The notes beneath the pieces are model-generated. The model was not told the origin of the DNA and ran no database searches. It saw nothing but the letters and a program-made list of their open reading frames with translations. Position numbers and translations under genes: made by a program. 64,000 nucleotides of DNA from a virus: IMG/VR virus record IMGVR_UViG_3300049489_001303, positions 1-64,000 of that record; one strand, given 5' to 3'. Of the stretch, positions 31,845 to 41,720 are shown piece after piece (the first letter of the stretch is position 1; each line of letters opens with the position of its first letter).

Positions 31845-32305
31845 TGTTGTGCCACACTCATGACGCCGAACACGCCAAGCATTATTGTTTCAAGAGCAAT
31901 CACACCCCAAAGTATACCCCGCTCCACATTGTCCTTCTTTTTTAGTTTCAACGCAGAGTCCATTTCGGTGTTGAGGCGCAACGTGAGATACTCCCGGTCA
32001 TCCTTGAGGAGCTTGATCTGGGAGAGGTAGTTGTTGATAAGCTTGTCGTACGTCTCTGTCTGGACCTTGTAAGCATCCAGCGTGCCCTGCGTGATGAGCC
32101 GCCAGCGGTAGAGGGACTGGTACTCATTGGCGATGAGAAGCACGCCCTTCCACTGGACCACGTCGAGGCACTTGTACTCCACGCTGTCCATGGTGACGGT
32201 CTCCACGGTTGGGAGCGTGAGCATGGGGGCGTTTGCTACTTGCGCCTGTGAAGGGTTTGCAGCGATTATCGAAGCCAGGATAATTGTGGATAAAAGGGTT
32301 TTCAC
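31841..32305 (-). CDS. Secreted coiled-coil protein with C-terminal TM (possible spanin-like lysis protein)
   Basis: Signal peptide, coiled coil, C-terminal hydrophobic helix. Confidence 0.4.
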   Translation of the reverse strand: MKTLLSTIILASIIAANPSQAQVANAPMLTLPTVETVTMDSVEYKCLDVVQWKGVLLIANEYQSLYRWRLITQGTLDAYKVQTETYDKLINNYLSQIKLLKDDREYLTLRLNTEMDSALKLKKKDNVERGILWGVIALETIMLGVFGVMSVAQQ

Positions 32306-32685
32306 AACCCATACTCCTTCTGAAGCCTATCCAGCTCCTCCATAGAGGTGGCAGCCAGAATCTTCCCCCGCCGCTCCCCCGCAACGACGTCAGCGTCGTG
32401 AGCGTCCTTGATGGACTCAGCCACGTTACGCTTTGCCGTGTTCAGTTCTTCCTGAAGCTTCACGGCGTTTGCATCGGCTTCTGCGAGCGCCTCATCCGTG
32501 CGGGCAGTGACCAATGCGTCGGCGTTGCCAGCGCCATCACCCCCATCGTCTTTACGCATTAAAGACAACACCCACAGCAGGCCGATGATGATCAGCACAG
32601 CGAACGCCAACACCTTCCAATACCAAGGAAGGCGAGCGTACCAGCTTTTGGTGCTGTCGAGCAGAGACTTGAAGTCTATCATCAT
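32302..32685 (-). CDS. N-terminal TM coiled-coil protein (i-spanin-like)
   Basis: TM WKVLAFAVLIIIGLLWVL followed by an Ala/Glu-rich coiled coil. Confidence 0.45.
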   Translation of the reverse strand: MMIDFKSLLDSTKSWYARLPWYWKVLAFAVLIIIGLLWVLSLMRKDDGGDGAGNADALVTARTDEALAEADANAVKLQEELNTAKRNVAESIKDAHDADVVAGERRGKILAATSMEELDRLQKEYGL

Positions 32686-32793
32686 TTGGTCTTCTTCAAC
32701 TTCTGCAGCAACTCGGCGCTGCGCTTATCCGGCGTGTTCTTCTTCAAGCCTTTTGCCGGGGATCCAGTCTTATGGGGAGTATTAGCCATGCTA

Positions 32794-33480
32794 CTAATAC
32801 ATTCCCCGGAACGGCACACGGTATCTCGGGTCAAATCCAGCTTGCTCCCCCTCAGGGTCGTAGCGTTTCATGGGGGGCATCTGCTGTTGGGCAGGTCCGC
32901 CACGTTTCATGAGGGCTACCAGCGCTGCCAAGAGGAGAGCTCCCACCATCGCCCCACCGACGGGGGCGGCTTTAGAAGCCACGATCGCTTTCTCAGCCAG
33001 TGCTTTATAGTGCGGCTTGAGAATATTCTCACCCACCATATAGCCACCAGCACCCCCAAGCCCCAGAGCGGCAAGGTAGTGCATGGCGGAGTTGTCACTC
33101 GATAGGGCTGTCTTCCCCGGGGCCGGGGCCGCGGGAGCTTTCATAGGTGCGGATGCCGGGCTGTTTGTCTTACCCACTCCAGGCATAGGTACCACCGGTG
33201 TGGGGGTAGCCTTGGGGCGGAAGAGCGCGGAGGGAGACTGAAGACCGGCCGCAGCCACCTTGTCACCCTCTCCGGCACGTAAGGAGTCCAACTTCCTGTC
33301 GAAGTCTGAGATGGCCCGTTGATAACGGATGTCCTGCAGCTTGTCCATGATGGCGTTGCGAGCACTGTTGCCTTCAACGATCTGCTGCAGACCAGCTCCC
33401 CCCAACGTCCCACCGAGGATAAGGGCCAGTTCTTTGTCGCCAGCTGAGGCAACTTTCAAAAATGTGTGCAGGTGTGTCAT
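32794..33480 (-). CDS. Putative internal virion protein with Gly/Ala hydrophobic segments
   Basis: FLKVASA, DKVAAA; three glycine-zipper-like helices. Confidence 0.55.
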   Translation of the reverse strand: MTHLHTFLKVASAGDKELALILGGTLGGAGLQQIVEGNSARNAIMDKLQDIRYQRAISDFDRKLDSLRAGEGDKVAAAGLQSPSALFRPKATPTPVVPMPGVGKTNSPASAPMKAPAAPAPGKTALSSDNSAMHYLAALGLGGAGGYMVGENILKPHYKALAEKAIVASKAAPVGGAMVGALLLAALVALMKRGGPAQQQMPPMKRYDPEGEQAGFDPRYRVPFRGMY

Positions 33481-34034
33481 TGCTTGGCCGCCTCATGCAG
33501 TGCTTTCTGGTTACTGATGTCTTCCATCAACAGGGCGCGAAGTGCTTCACGGGCACTACGCTCACGGGAGCCACTTTCTGAGCGATGCTTCAGCATGCTG
33601 AGCAGCGCACCAGCTCCCGCGCCGGCCACGGGCAGGGCCTTCATGCCAGTGGGCAGGGCCTTCAGGGTCTGTCCCACACTCTGACGGGTCAAGCCTTTGG
33701 CCAGCAGGTCCTTGATGGGCTCAAAGGCTTTTTCGCCACCATGGAGACGTGCACCCACACCCCCCACCGACCCACCGATGAAGGCATTAAAGGCGTGACT
33801 GCCGGGGTCGGAGTGTTCCCGCTCGGAGCGGATGATCTCTTCTGTTGGAATACCGGCTTCCAGCCCTTTGGACACACGCTCGTAAACGTCGATCGGAACC
33901 CACTTGTGGGAGCCGGGTAGACGTTCACGGCGATCTCCGGGAACAGGAATATTAAAAGGCATACCCGGGACATTCACCCACATGGGCAGGTCCGCGGCGT
34001 GCTTGATAAACTGATGGAGTATCGACATGATCAC
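33477..34034 (-). CDS. Putative internal virion protein
   Basis: FIKHAAD N-terminus; Gly-rich hydrophobic segments. Confidence 0.5.
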   Translation of the reverse strand: MIMSILHQFIKHAADLPMWVNVPGMPFNIPVPGDRRERLPGSHKWVPIDVYERVSKGLEAGIPTEEIIRSEREHSDPGSHAFNAFIGGSVGGVGARLHGGEKAFEPIKDLLAKGLTRQSVGQTLKALPTGMKALPVAGAGAGALLSMLKHRSESGSRERSAREALRALLMEDISNQKALHEAAKQ

Positions 34035-34055
34035 CTCGCCCTATAAGTATAGGTT

Positions 34056-34310
34056 CTACTTGGGCGCTTCCCAACCCTTTCCTGTGGTCCGGGTAGCTGG
34101 TCTATCCGCGTGGCTGTGAACATAGCCGGCTTTGTGCTTGCGACAACCCGGGTAGTCCGGAATGATAGCTGTCAGGATAGGGGGTGAGCTGGTGTACACC
34201 TTCTCCGCATCCCTCCCACACTCGGGGCAGGGGCACAGATGCATCCCGGCAGGTACCATTTCCTCAAAAGCAGCGTTGCATCCGGGGCAGACAAAATCAT
34301 GTAGGGGCAT
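34056..34310 (-). CDS. FmdB-like zinc ribbon protein
   Basis: MPLHDFVCPGC..FEE...CPECG..AEKV. Confidence 0.75.
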   Translation of the reverse strand: MPLHDFVCPGCNAAFEEMVPAGMHLCPCPECGRDAEKVYTSSPPILTAIIPDYPGCRKHKAGYVHSHADRPATRTTGKGWEAPK

Positions 34311-34331
34311 GTAGGTGTTTCTCTTTCTTTG

Positions 34332-36371
34332 TCATACAGACAAATTGTCTTTGAAATTGATAGCCATGGCTCCGTCGATAACCTTCAGGGCCATATCCGT
34401 TTTAGACACGGGAGCACAAATGTCCATGGTGCTGTCAGAGCATAGGGGGCACATGTCCGGGGTGAAATTAACGTCCTTTTCAGGGGTGTCGGTGGTGCCC
34501 ATGTTATCCCCGATAACTTGTGACACCGAGGGTATCTCTATGGTTGCCATGAGGGTATCCAGCCAATCTGAGTTGGGCAGATCAGGGTCTGTGTAGCCGG
34601 GAGGTGTCTGTGGCGGATACACCAGCACACCGCTGTTCATATCCTTGTCTTTCCAGATGTCCCCAAAGTCCTCTTTCGATACAACGTCGCTGAAGCTCTG
34701 GAAGGAGTCTTTGGACAACCCGAACAACCATCCCACCGACTCAACGACCTTCTTCACATCAGGGCTGCGCCCACCAGCCAGGAACACCAGCCCGGTGACA
34801 TACTCGTCGCCACGGTGGAAGGGGGGCGCTTTTGGAACGTTGGGGTCCAGCATGTTTACGCAGAGGTCATTCAGGAAGTAGTTGTTACCTCCCATGCCGT
34901 AGAAGCCATGTGTGTAGATGCCAGCCTTCGGGGGTTGCAGGAGGTACAGTAGACGCTCTACCTCACTCACCACTCGGTTGCCGATGCCTACGTATTTGTT
35001 GATCTCATCCTCGATGAATACCAGAAGCTCTTCCAGGGCCTTAGAGGACCCGGCTATCCGCGACGCAAAGAGGGCCATGAGGGCCATGATATCTTCGAGT
35101 ACTCTGGCTACTGGTGGTGCCATCTCCCGCAAGCTTCCTGTGCGGTACCAGTCGGGGCGGTGGCTGCTCGGGACAGTTACACCCATGGTGACTCGTGCCA
35201 CGTTGGATATATCCTGGTAGGGCATTATTCCGGGGACCCCTGAGTATTCACCATCGCGAGCATCTTCGGCCTGTTTGACAAGGGCGTTGACATCATCATC
35301 GGGCCCGAACCCCTGCAGCTGCCACGCAACGGCGTAGTAGTACACGTCGCTCTCCTCGACGTCGGAGGCAATATAGTCCTCATAGGAGATCTTGGTGACA
35401 TTGTACTTACCCTCGTGGATCACCTCAATATCCCCCATGGTGCTCTTCTTACCCTTGGTCAGGATCTCTCCTCCATCGCTGAACAGCTCTGAAACGCTGC
35501 GGGCGGTAGACATACGCAGGGAGTTCTTACCGCGGATAACGGCATAGCGCACAGGTCGGAAACTGGCTCCCCCCAGATCCGTAAGGGATGTGATGGGGAA
35601 CTTGGGGGGATCCCAGGTGAGGGTGACTCGGCAGGATCCGGACTGCCCACTCTTATCCGTGAACAGAGCCGTGCCCCGAGTGACCTTCCCCATGGCTATG
35701 GCCCTTAGATTCAGGGGCTTGGGCCATTTCACGTAGTTGGGGCTGTTGAAGAATATGCGGAAACGCATGAGATCTTCTATCAGATCCAGTATGTTGAGGT
35801 TGGTACCCAACACCACCACAAACCCGGCGACGTAGTCACGTTCGCTGTTGAACTGTGGCCTGTTGAAGTCACCCGCGTCGTACAGAGAGTTTATAACGGC
35901 GTTGACGAAGCCGGCGTTGCCGCCGCTGTAACGGTTGCTTGCGGCGATACGTGCTATCGTCTCTGGGTCGTTATTCTGGGTGGGGGCATCTGAGAATAGC
36001 CTGGAACTGTTATCCCCGTAGGCCGGGTTCTTGAGCACCCCTGTCAGCACAGGTACTTTGGGTATACCCCAGTCAGGTGTGAGGTCGCCCTGTCCGTGGA
36101 AGGTGTGAACGATCCTCTTCTGGATAGGGACGTGCAGCATGTAGCCACCAGCCCCGTCCAGAAGACTCTTCAGAGTGTCCTCAATCTCTTTGATCAGAGC
36201 CTCCAGAGTAGCAGCGATGGGATCATTGATAAGACGCGCCGCTGCCAGAGCTATCTGGGCGGCTTTGAGGATCACGTCTAGTACCAGCCGAGTGGTAGCG
36301 ATGAGCTTCTCGATAGGCTCTACAGGGATATCAGGGGATACTATCTCCAGCCTTTGCCATTTATCAGCCAT
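34332..36371 (-). CDS. Large hypothetical virion (baseplate/tail-associated?) protein
   Basis: 679-aa ORF with two internally similar helical/GGN segments flanking an FN3-like region (LTWDPP...YYYAVAW). Confidence 0.5.
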   Translation of the reverse strand: MADKWQRLEIVSPDIPVEPIEKLIATTRLVLDVILKAAQIALAAARLINDPIAATLEALIKEIEDTLKSLLDGAGGYMLHVPIQKRIVHTFHGQGDLTPDWGIPKVPVLTGVLKNPAYGDNSSRLFSDAPTQNNDPETIARIAASNRYSGGNAGFVNAVINSLYDAGDFNRPQFNSERDYVAGFVVVLGTNLNILDLIEDLMRFRIFFNSPNYVKWPKPLNLRAIAMGKVTRGTALFTDKSGQSGSCRVTLTWDPPKFPITSLTDLGGASFRPVRYAVIRGKNSLRMSTARSVSELFSDGGEILTKGKKSTMGDIEVIHEGKYNVTKISYEDYIASDVEESDVYYYAVAWQLQGFGPDDDVNALVKQAEDARDGEYSGVPGIMPYQDISNVARVTMGVTVPSSHRPDWYRTGSLREMAPPVARVLEDIMALMALFASRIAGSSKALEELLVFIEDEINKYVGIGNRVVSEVERLLYLLQPPKAGIYTHGFYGMGGNNYFLNDLCVNMLDPNVPKAPPFHRGDEYVTGLVFLAGGRSPDVKKVVESVGWLFGLSKDSFQSFSDVVSKEDFGDIWKDKDMNSGVLVYPPQTPPGYTDPDLPNSDWLDTLMATIEIPSVSQVIGDNMGTTDTPEKDVNFTPDMCPLCSDSTMDICAPVSKTDMALKVIDGAMAINFKDNLSV

Positions 36372-37017
36372 TCAGGTAAGTCTCCAGTCGGGGCTTTGTC
36401 CCGAAGGTCTGAGTCAGCATGGATCCGTAGTCCCTTGCAATATTGAAAGTATAAGGGCAGTCCTGCAGGAGTATAGTGTTCTGCTGCTGAACTGTCCACC
36501 CAGCGATCGTTTTATTGCAGGCTTCAATGCCGTTCATGAAGGATAAGTACAAGTTATTTTCCGTAGCATCCCTGTTGTCCCAGAAGTAGGAGAACGCTGT
36601 GGCTCCCATGACATACCGAAGATAGGCCAGCCGCCAGAAGTCGTCGTTGGGTTTACCCAGTAAATCCCCACACAGGTAGTTCACTTCGTCAGCGTTGGCA
36701 TTCAGGGCGACGCCCCAGGCATAGGCATTCAGCTGTATTTTCTCTATAGAGGTCCACTGCACAGACGCCGCCAGACATTCAGAGGATGTAACCAGCATGA
36801 GACCCATGCGGTTATCCCGGGTGGTTTTTGGTGTGGTCAGACCCTGGGGGTTAACGCGCATCAGGTGACCCACTGCCAGCCCCACAGGTGCTCCCCCGCA
36901 GCCTTCCCTCAGGGTCTTGGAGTACAGCCGATAGAGGCTCCTTGCAACGTCCCTGTCCTGGGAAGCTCGGGCCCGGGCCCGCTTCTCTCCAATGCTCACA
37001 GCGCTGTTAACACTCAT
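36364..37017 (-). CDS. Hypothetical protein, weak lysozyme/transglycosylase-like features
   Basis: GLMLV resembles the GLMQ motif, but no catalytic ES. Confidence 0.35.
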   Translation of the reverse strand: MSVNSAVSIGEKRARARASQDRDVARSLYRLYSKTLREGCGGAPVGLAVGHLMRVNPQGLTTPKTTRDNRMGLMLVTSSECLAASVQWTSIEKIQLNAYAWGVALNANADEVNYLCGDLLGKPNDDFWRLAYLRYVMGATAFSYFWDNRDATENNLYLSFMNGIEACNKTIAGWTVQQQNTILLQDCPYTFNIARDYGSMLTQTFGTKPRLETYLNG

Positions 37018-37283
37018 TAAAACTCCCCGCTGTCTATGATCTTCACGTACACCCGCTTTTCAAAAACTGGCGGTTCAGGTGGTATGAGAGACTGAGCCTC
37101 GAGTTGCTGCTGCTTCTTAGCGGCCAGATACTCTGGCCCCAGTTGCTGTTCGAGTTTCTCAATGGCTTCCTTGGTCAGATAGCTGAAAAGCTGGGTAGCG
37201 AGTTTGCCAACCCGGGCCATGTTTCTATCCTGGAGTCCTTGCCATCGAACACTAGTCATGTTCGGAATTGTAACCCTTAACAA
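37017..37283 (-). CDS. Hypothetical protein
   Basis: ORF coupled to the downstream gene (TAATG). Confidence 0.5.
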   Translation of the reverse strand: MLRVTIPNMTSVRWQGLQDRNMARVGKLATQLFSYLTKEAIEKLEQQLGPEYLAAKKQQQLEAQSLIPPEPPVFEKRVYVKIIDSGEF

Positions 37284-37294
37284 AGGAAATTACA

Positions 37295-37480
37295 ATGACT
37301 ATGGTCAAGGTGATCTTCGAGTTGATGCTGAAGTATGGTGGACCTTTACTGGCGATCCTGTTAGAACTTGGTTATGGCTTTCTGTCTTCTATGGCGGACA
37401 AAGCGATGGATTTCATCGTTGTGTACGCTCAGAAGTTGGGAGTCAATGCCAAGTCCGAACTCGCCGCCGCGGGTCTGTGA
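37295..37480 (+). CDS. Small hydrophobic protein
   Basis: AAAGGA RBS; hydrophobic 61 aa; followed by a terminator. Confidence 0.55.
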   Translation: MTMVKVIFELMLKYGGPLLAILLELGYGFLSSMADKAMDFIVVYAQKLGVNAKSELAAAGL

Positions 37481-37567
37481 TGCTGCATCATGAACTCAAA
37501 TAGGAGTGTAAGATGAAGTAGAGAACAAGATTTTAAGAGTGTAAAACAGTTTCGTCTCTGTCAATCC

Positions 37568-37602
37568 GAAGTTGGCTGCAACCCGCAGCCAGCTTCTTTT
37601 TT
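37568..37602 (+). terminator. Rho-independent terminator
   Basis: GAAGTTGGCTGC-AACCC-GCAGCCAGCTTC-TTTTTT. Confidence 0.85.
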
Positions 37603-37614
37603 CAAAGGAAAAAC

Positions 37615-38472
37615 ATGAAAGCGAAAGACAAGTTTATGTTGCCGTTAGGGTGCGATAAGTACCAGATGTGTTCGGCGCAGGGATGCTTCGCCGATGCGAT
37701 CACCGAGTTCTACGCCGTAAACAAGACCGGCCGTCTCAAGGTCTTCGGATCCTGCCTTGAGCACCTGGGCGACATGAGAGCTGCTGCTGCGGCCTCAGCC
37801 ATGGGCCAGGCTTACAAGTGTGAGGAGAGTACCACCTTCACATCGGAACCCAAGTCGGACGTGAAGTCCAAGACGGTTGTCGAAAAGGCACCCCCGGCGA
37901 AGAAGGGTGCCATCCCCGCTGCCCCGGCTGCGCTCCCGGAACCGGAGCGGAAGCTCCCCGTGAAGACCAACCATGATGGAACCCCGGCACCCAAGTTCGC
38001 AGGGTATCCCCCTGAAGAAGCGCCGAAGTCCCATAAGAAGAAACCGGTATCTGCCACCATGCTGGCTGCCATGAAAGAAGCTGTGGCTCCGGTTGCCAAG
38101 GCTTCCCCAGTGAGGAAGGCCATTGTGCCCCCTCCCCCGCCGGCAGGAGCACTGACCCATCGAGCTGTTAAAGATTGGGCGTGGCAGAGGCCTAAAGGCA
38201 CATGGATGAGCACCGATGGCACCGTGCTTCAGATCTCTGCACTGTCCGACGCCGAGCTCTGCTCCGCCGCAAAGGCGATGGTGGAAGCCAACTATCAGCG
38301 AAAGATGGACTACACACTCTGGGCAAAGGTGCTGGACCCTAACCCGCTCTGCATGTACCCCAAAGAAGCGATGACCGTCGGGACCGAGCTCGTGCGACCG
38401 AAGCTGCTGGAGTTCCAAATCGAGGCAGCATCCCGCGGCCTCTGTGACCCACCCCCACCCGACAAAGAATAA
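37615..38472 (+). CDS. Hypothetical protein (Cys/His N-domain, Pro/Lys/Ala linker, C-domain)
   Basis: AAAGGA RBS; CSAQGC...CLEH. Confidence 0.65.
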   Translation: MKAKDKFMLPLGCDKYQMCSAQGCFADAITEFYAVNKTGRLKVFGSCLEHLGDMRAAAAASAMGQAYKCEESTTFTSEPKSDVKSKTVVEKAPPAKKGAIPAAPAALPEPERKLPVKTNHDGTPAPKFAGYPPEEAPKSHKKKPVSATMLAAMKEAVAPVAKASPVRKAIVPPPPPAGALTHRAVKDWAWQRPKGTWMSTDGTVLQISALSDAELCSAAKAMVEANYQRKMDYTLWAKVLDPNPLCMYPKEAMTVGTELVRPKLLEFQIEAASRGLCDPPPPDKE

Positions 38473-38481
38473 ATCCCATAC

Positions 38482-38521
38482 AAAAAGAGAACCCCCTGCC
38501 AGTTGCAAAGCTGGTAGGGGG
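38482..38521 (-). terminator. Rho-independent terminator between convergent genes
   Basis: CCCCCTACCAG/CTGGCAGGGGG stem followed by TTCTCTTTTT on the minus strand. Confidence 0.7.
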
Positions 38522-38552
38522 CTATCCTAAGTTTGAAGCTTAAGTTTTGCTA

Positions 38553-40076
38553 TCAGGCTGTGGTCGCAACAGTGGCGGTAGCAGTCTGGCCGCCGGCCGT
38601 GATATGGATATTGCAGAATTCGCCGGTAATACCGGACAGCGGAGCGGCGGATACGTCGGCGTTGGTTCCAGTGACCAGCCAGAGATTCGTAGCAGCAGTC
38701 AGCGGGACTACCGACACAGATGTGGCCGCCGCGCTGGCAATGGTCATTGTGAGAGGCCCACCGTATGCGGACGAGAACATCGTGGGGGAAATCAGGGTTG
38801 CAGTCTGGGTGCTGCCCGTTCCAATAACCGTAGCGAGGACTGTGTTCGCAGACGCTTCAGCGTTGATTGCGGCTGCAATTTTCGTCATGGTGTTTTCCCC
38901 AGCAGTGGTGCTGAGGGAAACCGTGAATGTAGTGATCCCATCTGCCGTCGCTTTTGCACACGTAGGGTCACTGCCCTGTGCCCCCGCGATAACTTCCAGC
39001 GCGTACATGTCACTGCCACCCGAACCGATAACTTCGGCAGTGAGCCGAACGTATCCAGCAGCTGCAGCACCTGTGATCAGGGCGGATGCTACAGAAAGAC
39101 CCGTTACAACACAGGGGATAGCTGCCGGAGTGTTCACATCAACGGCTGCTTTGTGCACGATTTCGATGCGCGGAGCCGTCAGAGTCACAGGAACACCTAC
39201 ATTGGTGACGCGGTTGTCAGAGCGAACCTGCAGCATCACGTTGGAACCGGTGGCAGCAGTGCCCAGAGACGGGGTGGTTACTGTCAGGGTAACTACGGGA
39301 GAACCTGTGGGAGTGTAGACGTTGGTTGTGACGTTGAAGGTTCCCGTCACGTCGGTAACTACACAAGCAGCGCCTCCGAGGGTTACACTGTAACCGGTTC
39401 CAAGACCACCGGAGAGAGAAACAGCCGCCAGAGCGGTGGTGAACAGCTTGGCGCCGTTACCATAAGCAACCGACTTGGCAACTCCGGCCATAGTGATGTT
39501 GAAAGCAGCGACCACAGCAGAGAGTGCCCGACTGGCGCCGCCGAGGTTAATGTCAACGATCGAGTTTGCGTAGGTGACCGCCAGACCGCCGTTACCGACG
39601 TTCGTGATCTTCACGCTGATGTCGTTACCGGATGTTCCGGCGTTGAGGGCAACGATGTTCATCCAGGACGCGGTGGGATCTTCGTCCGTGATCAGTCTTG
39701 CAGTGGCAAAGGTCTGTGCGCCGAGGAGGTTGTTCACAACAACAGTGGCCGAACCGCCGCCAACGGCGATAGCCGTGGTGCTGTCGATGGCCGGATCAGA
39801 ATCAGAGCCGGGCTGTTCAGCATACGCCGGGAGGTCGTACGTTACGCCGTCACGGATATAAGTCTCCGCGGGGGCCAGTATGTAAGAGATGGCGCCATCA
39901 GCAGCCATACGGTCCAGAACTGGAGCAAGACGCTCAAGCTGACCGTCATCCATGATGATGCTCTTCGTGGTGCCTGCAGCCACTTCCCAGACAAGCTGCT
40001 CAGACATACCCGGACGGGGATCCTGAATAGCGACATTGTTTACGGCCGTTACGTTTACTTTAATCATGATAGTCAA
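38553..40076 (-). CDS. Thr/Ala/Gly-rich beta-structured virion protein with sheath-like domains
   Basis: VALNAGTSGNDISVKI, LTAEVIGSGGSD and LSGG motifs; GGAGG RBS. Confidence 0.6.
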   Translation of the reverse strand: MTIMIKVNVTAVNNVAIQDPRPGMSEQLVWEVAAGTTKSIIMDDGQLERLAPVLDRMAADGAISYILAPAETYIRDGVTYDLPAYAEQPGSDSDPAIDSTTAIAVGGGSATVVVNNLLGAQTFATARLITDEDPTASWMNIVALNAGTSGNDISVKITNVGNGGLAVTYANSIVDINLGGASRALSAVVAAFNITMAGVAKSVAYGNGAKLFTTALAAVSLSGGLGTGYSVTLGGAACVVTDVTGTFNVTTNVYTPTGSPVVTLTVTTPSLGTAATGSNVMLQVRSDNRVTNVGVPVTLTAPRIEIVHKAAVDVNTPAAIPCVVTGLSVASALITGAAAAGYVRLTAEVIGSGGSDMYALEVIAGAQGSDPTCAKATADGITTFTVSLSTTAGENTMTKIAAAINAEASANTVLATVIGTGSTQTATLISPTMFSSAYGGPLTMTIASAAATSVSVVPLTAATNLWLVTGTNADVSAAPLSGITGEFCNIHITAGGQTATATVATTA

Positions 40077-40147
40077 TCCTCCAGTTAGGGATTTAGTTAC
40101 AAAGTCCGGCTAAAGTATAGTGCCACAGGCCAGAACAACAACAAAAA

Positions 40148-41674
40148 TTATCCGCCCATTTTAACTACTTTACTTTGTACCAGTGGAACCAGTGCTGGCA
40201 AAACAGTGTTTGACGGCAGTGCTGCTACGGAGCTGGGGCCTGCGGGAGTAGGGTGAGTATGTGTGTCCAGCCAGAGCATCAAAGCGTCAGCGAAAGCCTT
40301 GAAAGGCTCATACAAAGTACCAGAGAAGATACATTGAGTGGGTGGCAAGCCAAGCCCGATGCTACCCCCCATCCCCCCGGAGGCTTGACTCATAGTGTTC
40401 AGCGTCACAGAGGTTCTGGTTGCGGGAAGTTTGGGGGAGGCGCCGATGACGATGTCACCGTTGTGGGCTACGATCTGTATGCCCGGCATCGCTGCGGGGT
40501 TGGCTCCTTTTTTTGGGCTGCCAACCTCCATGATCCAGCTGCCGTTCACTACGTGTTGCTCGAGGCCTACGTTGATGGGCTTCGCCGTGGCGGGGTTACC
40601 GGCGCCAATGGTCTGGCGCATACTTCCGGAAATAATACTGTTCTTGCTCCCACCTATGTTCTCTGAGTCATCCGCCCCGGTTATACGGTTATCTGTTCCG
40701 GAGATCTTTGTGCTACGGGTGGAGCCGAACTTGTAAGCCGCCGGGCCGCCGACCTCTTCCAGCACCGTTGTGAGGATCCGGGTAGACAGAGCGTTGAGGT
40801 CCATATGGGAGTAGGTGCTGCTGCTGTCCACCAGGGATATGCCGTTAGCTCCCTGAATAGTGATTCCACCGCTGGACGTAATACCCACCAGCGCTTTGGT
40901 GGTGCCGTCGGGGTCACAGACCTCCATACGGAAGTATTGGTCAGGAGCACCGATGTCCAGCTTGAAAGTCCACTGCTCCTCCCCGCCACCGCTCTCATCC
41001 AGCTGGTCAATAGCCCCACGGAAAGACAGGCCGTTGCGTCCTTCCTTGTTGTGGATCTTGAGTTCCCCGAAGCCGGTGAAGACCTCATAGTTCTCCGCTA
41101 CCACACGGGCTACGTCCCCGAGCTGGTGGGTTTCAAAGCGTGCTTTTCCGGCGTCCAACGTCCCGAGGATGCTGTAGCCCCCGAGGAGAACACCCACACA
41201 GTTACCATCTGGACCTACAGTGATCCAGTCACCGGGAAGGGCGTCTACTGGAGCGTAGGCTGTCCTGCTGATAAAGCCTGTGGGAGTTAGCGCCGTAGAG
41301 GACATCTGGGCTTCTGGAAGGATCGAAACGCCCAATCTGTTGAGGCTGTCCATGGAGATCGAGTCGAAGTTAATCGCACATTCTATCTTGGGACCCTTAC
41401 CTGTTTTACAGTCTAAAAGAACGTACGTTCCGATGGGGTAGGGGGCCGTAGTCAAGGGGCTCCCCATCTTGACATCTGCCTCAAAAGGACCCCTGGCGCC
41501 CTTGATTCCCGGGCTGCTGCTGTTACCCAGCGCCACAACCTGATATACTCCCCGCTCAGGGCTGAACGAGGTTATCATCGCAATTTCTTTCTCTGCGAAT
41601 TTATTGAGGTCGTTTACCGCGGCGGCGCCCTTGCGGAGGTCACTGTTGAGTTGTCGCTGTGCTCGATTTACCAT
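40148..41674 (-). CDS. Baseplate central spike (gpV/gp5/VgrG-like)
   Basis: OB-fold-like N-terminus, beta-helix-like repeats, C-terminal HTHP apex motif; downstream of the tube gene. Confidence 0.7.
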   Translation of the reverse strand: MVNRAQRQLNSDLRKGAAAVNDLNKFAEKEIAMITSFSPERGVYQVVALGNSSSPGIKGARGPFEADVKMGSPLTTAPYPIGTYVLLDCKTGKGPKIECAINFDSISMDSLNRLGVSILPEAQMSSTALTPTGFISRTAYAPVDALPGDWITVGPDGNCVGVLLGGYSILGTLDAGKARFETHQLGDVARVVAENYEVFTGFGELKIHNKEGRNGLSFRGAIDQLDESGGGEEQWTFKLDIGAPDQYFRMEVCDPDGTTKALVGITSSGGITIQGANGISLVDSSSTYSHMDLNALSTRILTTVLEEVGGPAAYKFGSTRSTKISGTDNRITGADDSENIGGSKNSIISGSMRQTIGAGNPATAKPINVGLEQHVVNGSWIMEVGSPKKGANPAAMPGIQIVAHNGDIVIGASPKLPATRTSVTLNTMSQASGGMGGSIGLGLPPTQCIFSGTLYEPFKAFADALMLWLDTHTHPTPAGPSSVAALPSNTVLPALVPLVQSKVVKMGG

Positions 41675-41680
41675 GCTGGT

Positions 41681-41709
41681 AGTATAGCAGAAGGAACGTT
41701 GGGTAGCAA
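41681..41709 (-). promoter_or_regulatory. Sigma70-like promoter, leaderless start of the spike gene
   Basis: TTGCTA-17-TATACT, 6 nt to ATG 41674, no RBS. Confidence 0.55.
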
Positions 41710-41720
41710 GGAAGAGAGGA

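Noticed and set aside
37538-37564. Minus-strand TTGACA promoter
   Set aside because: The spacer to the best -10 (TACACT) is only 15 nt, too weak to call.
38547-40088. 513-aa plus-strand ORF
   Set aside because: Antisense shadow of the codon-biased minus-strand virion gene; no RBS or recognisable motifs.
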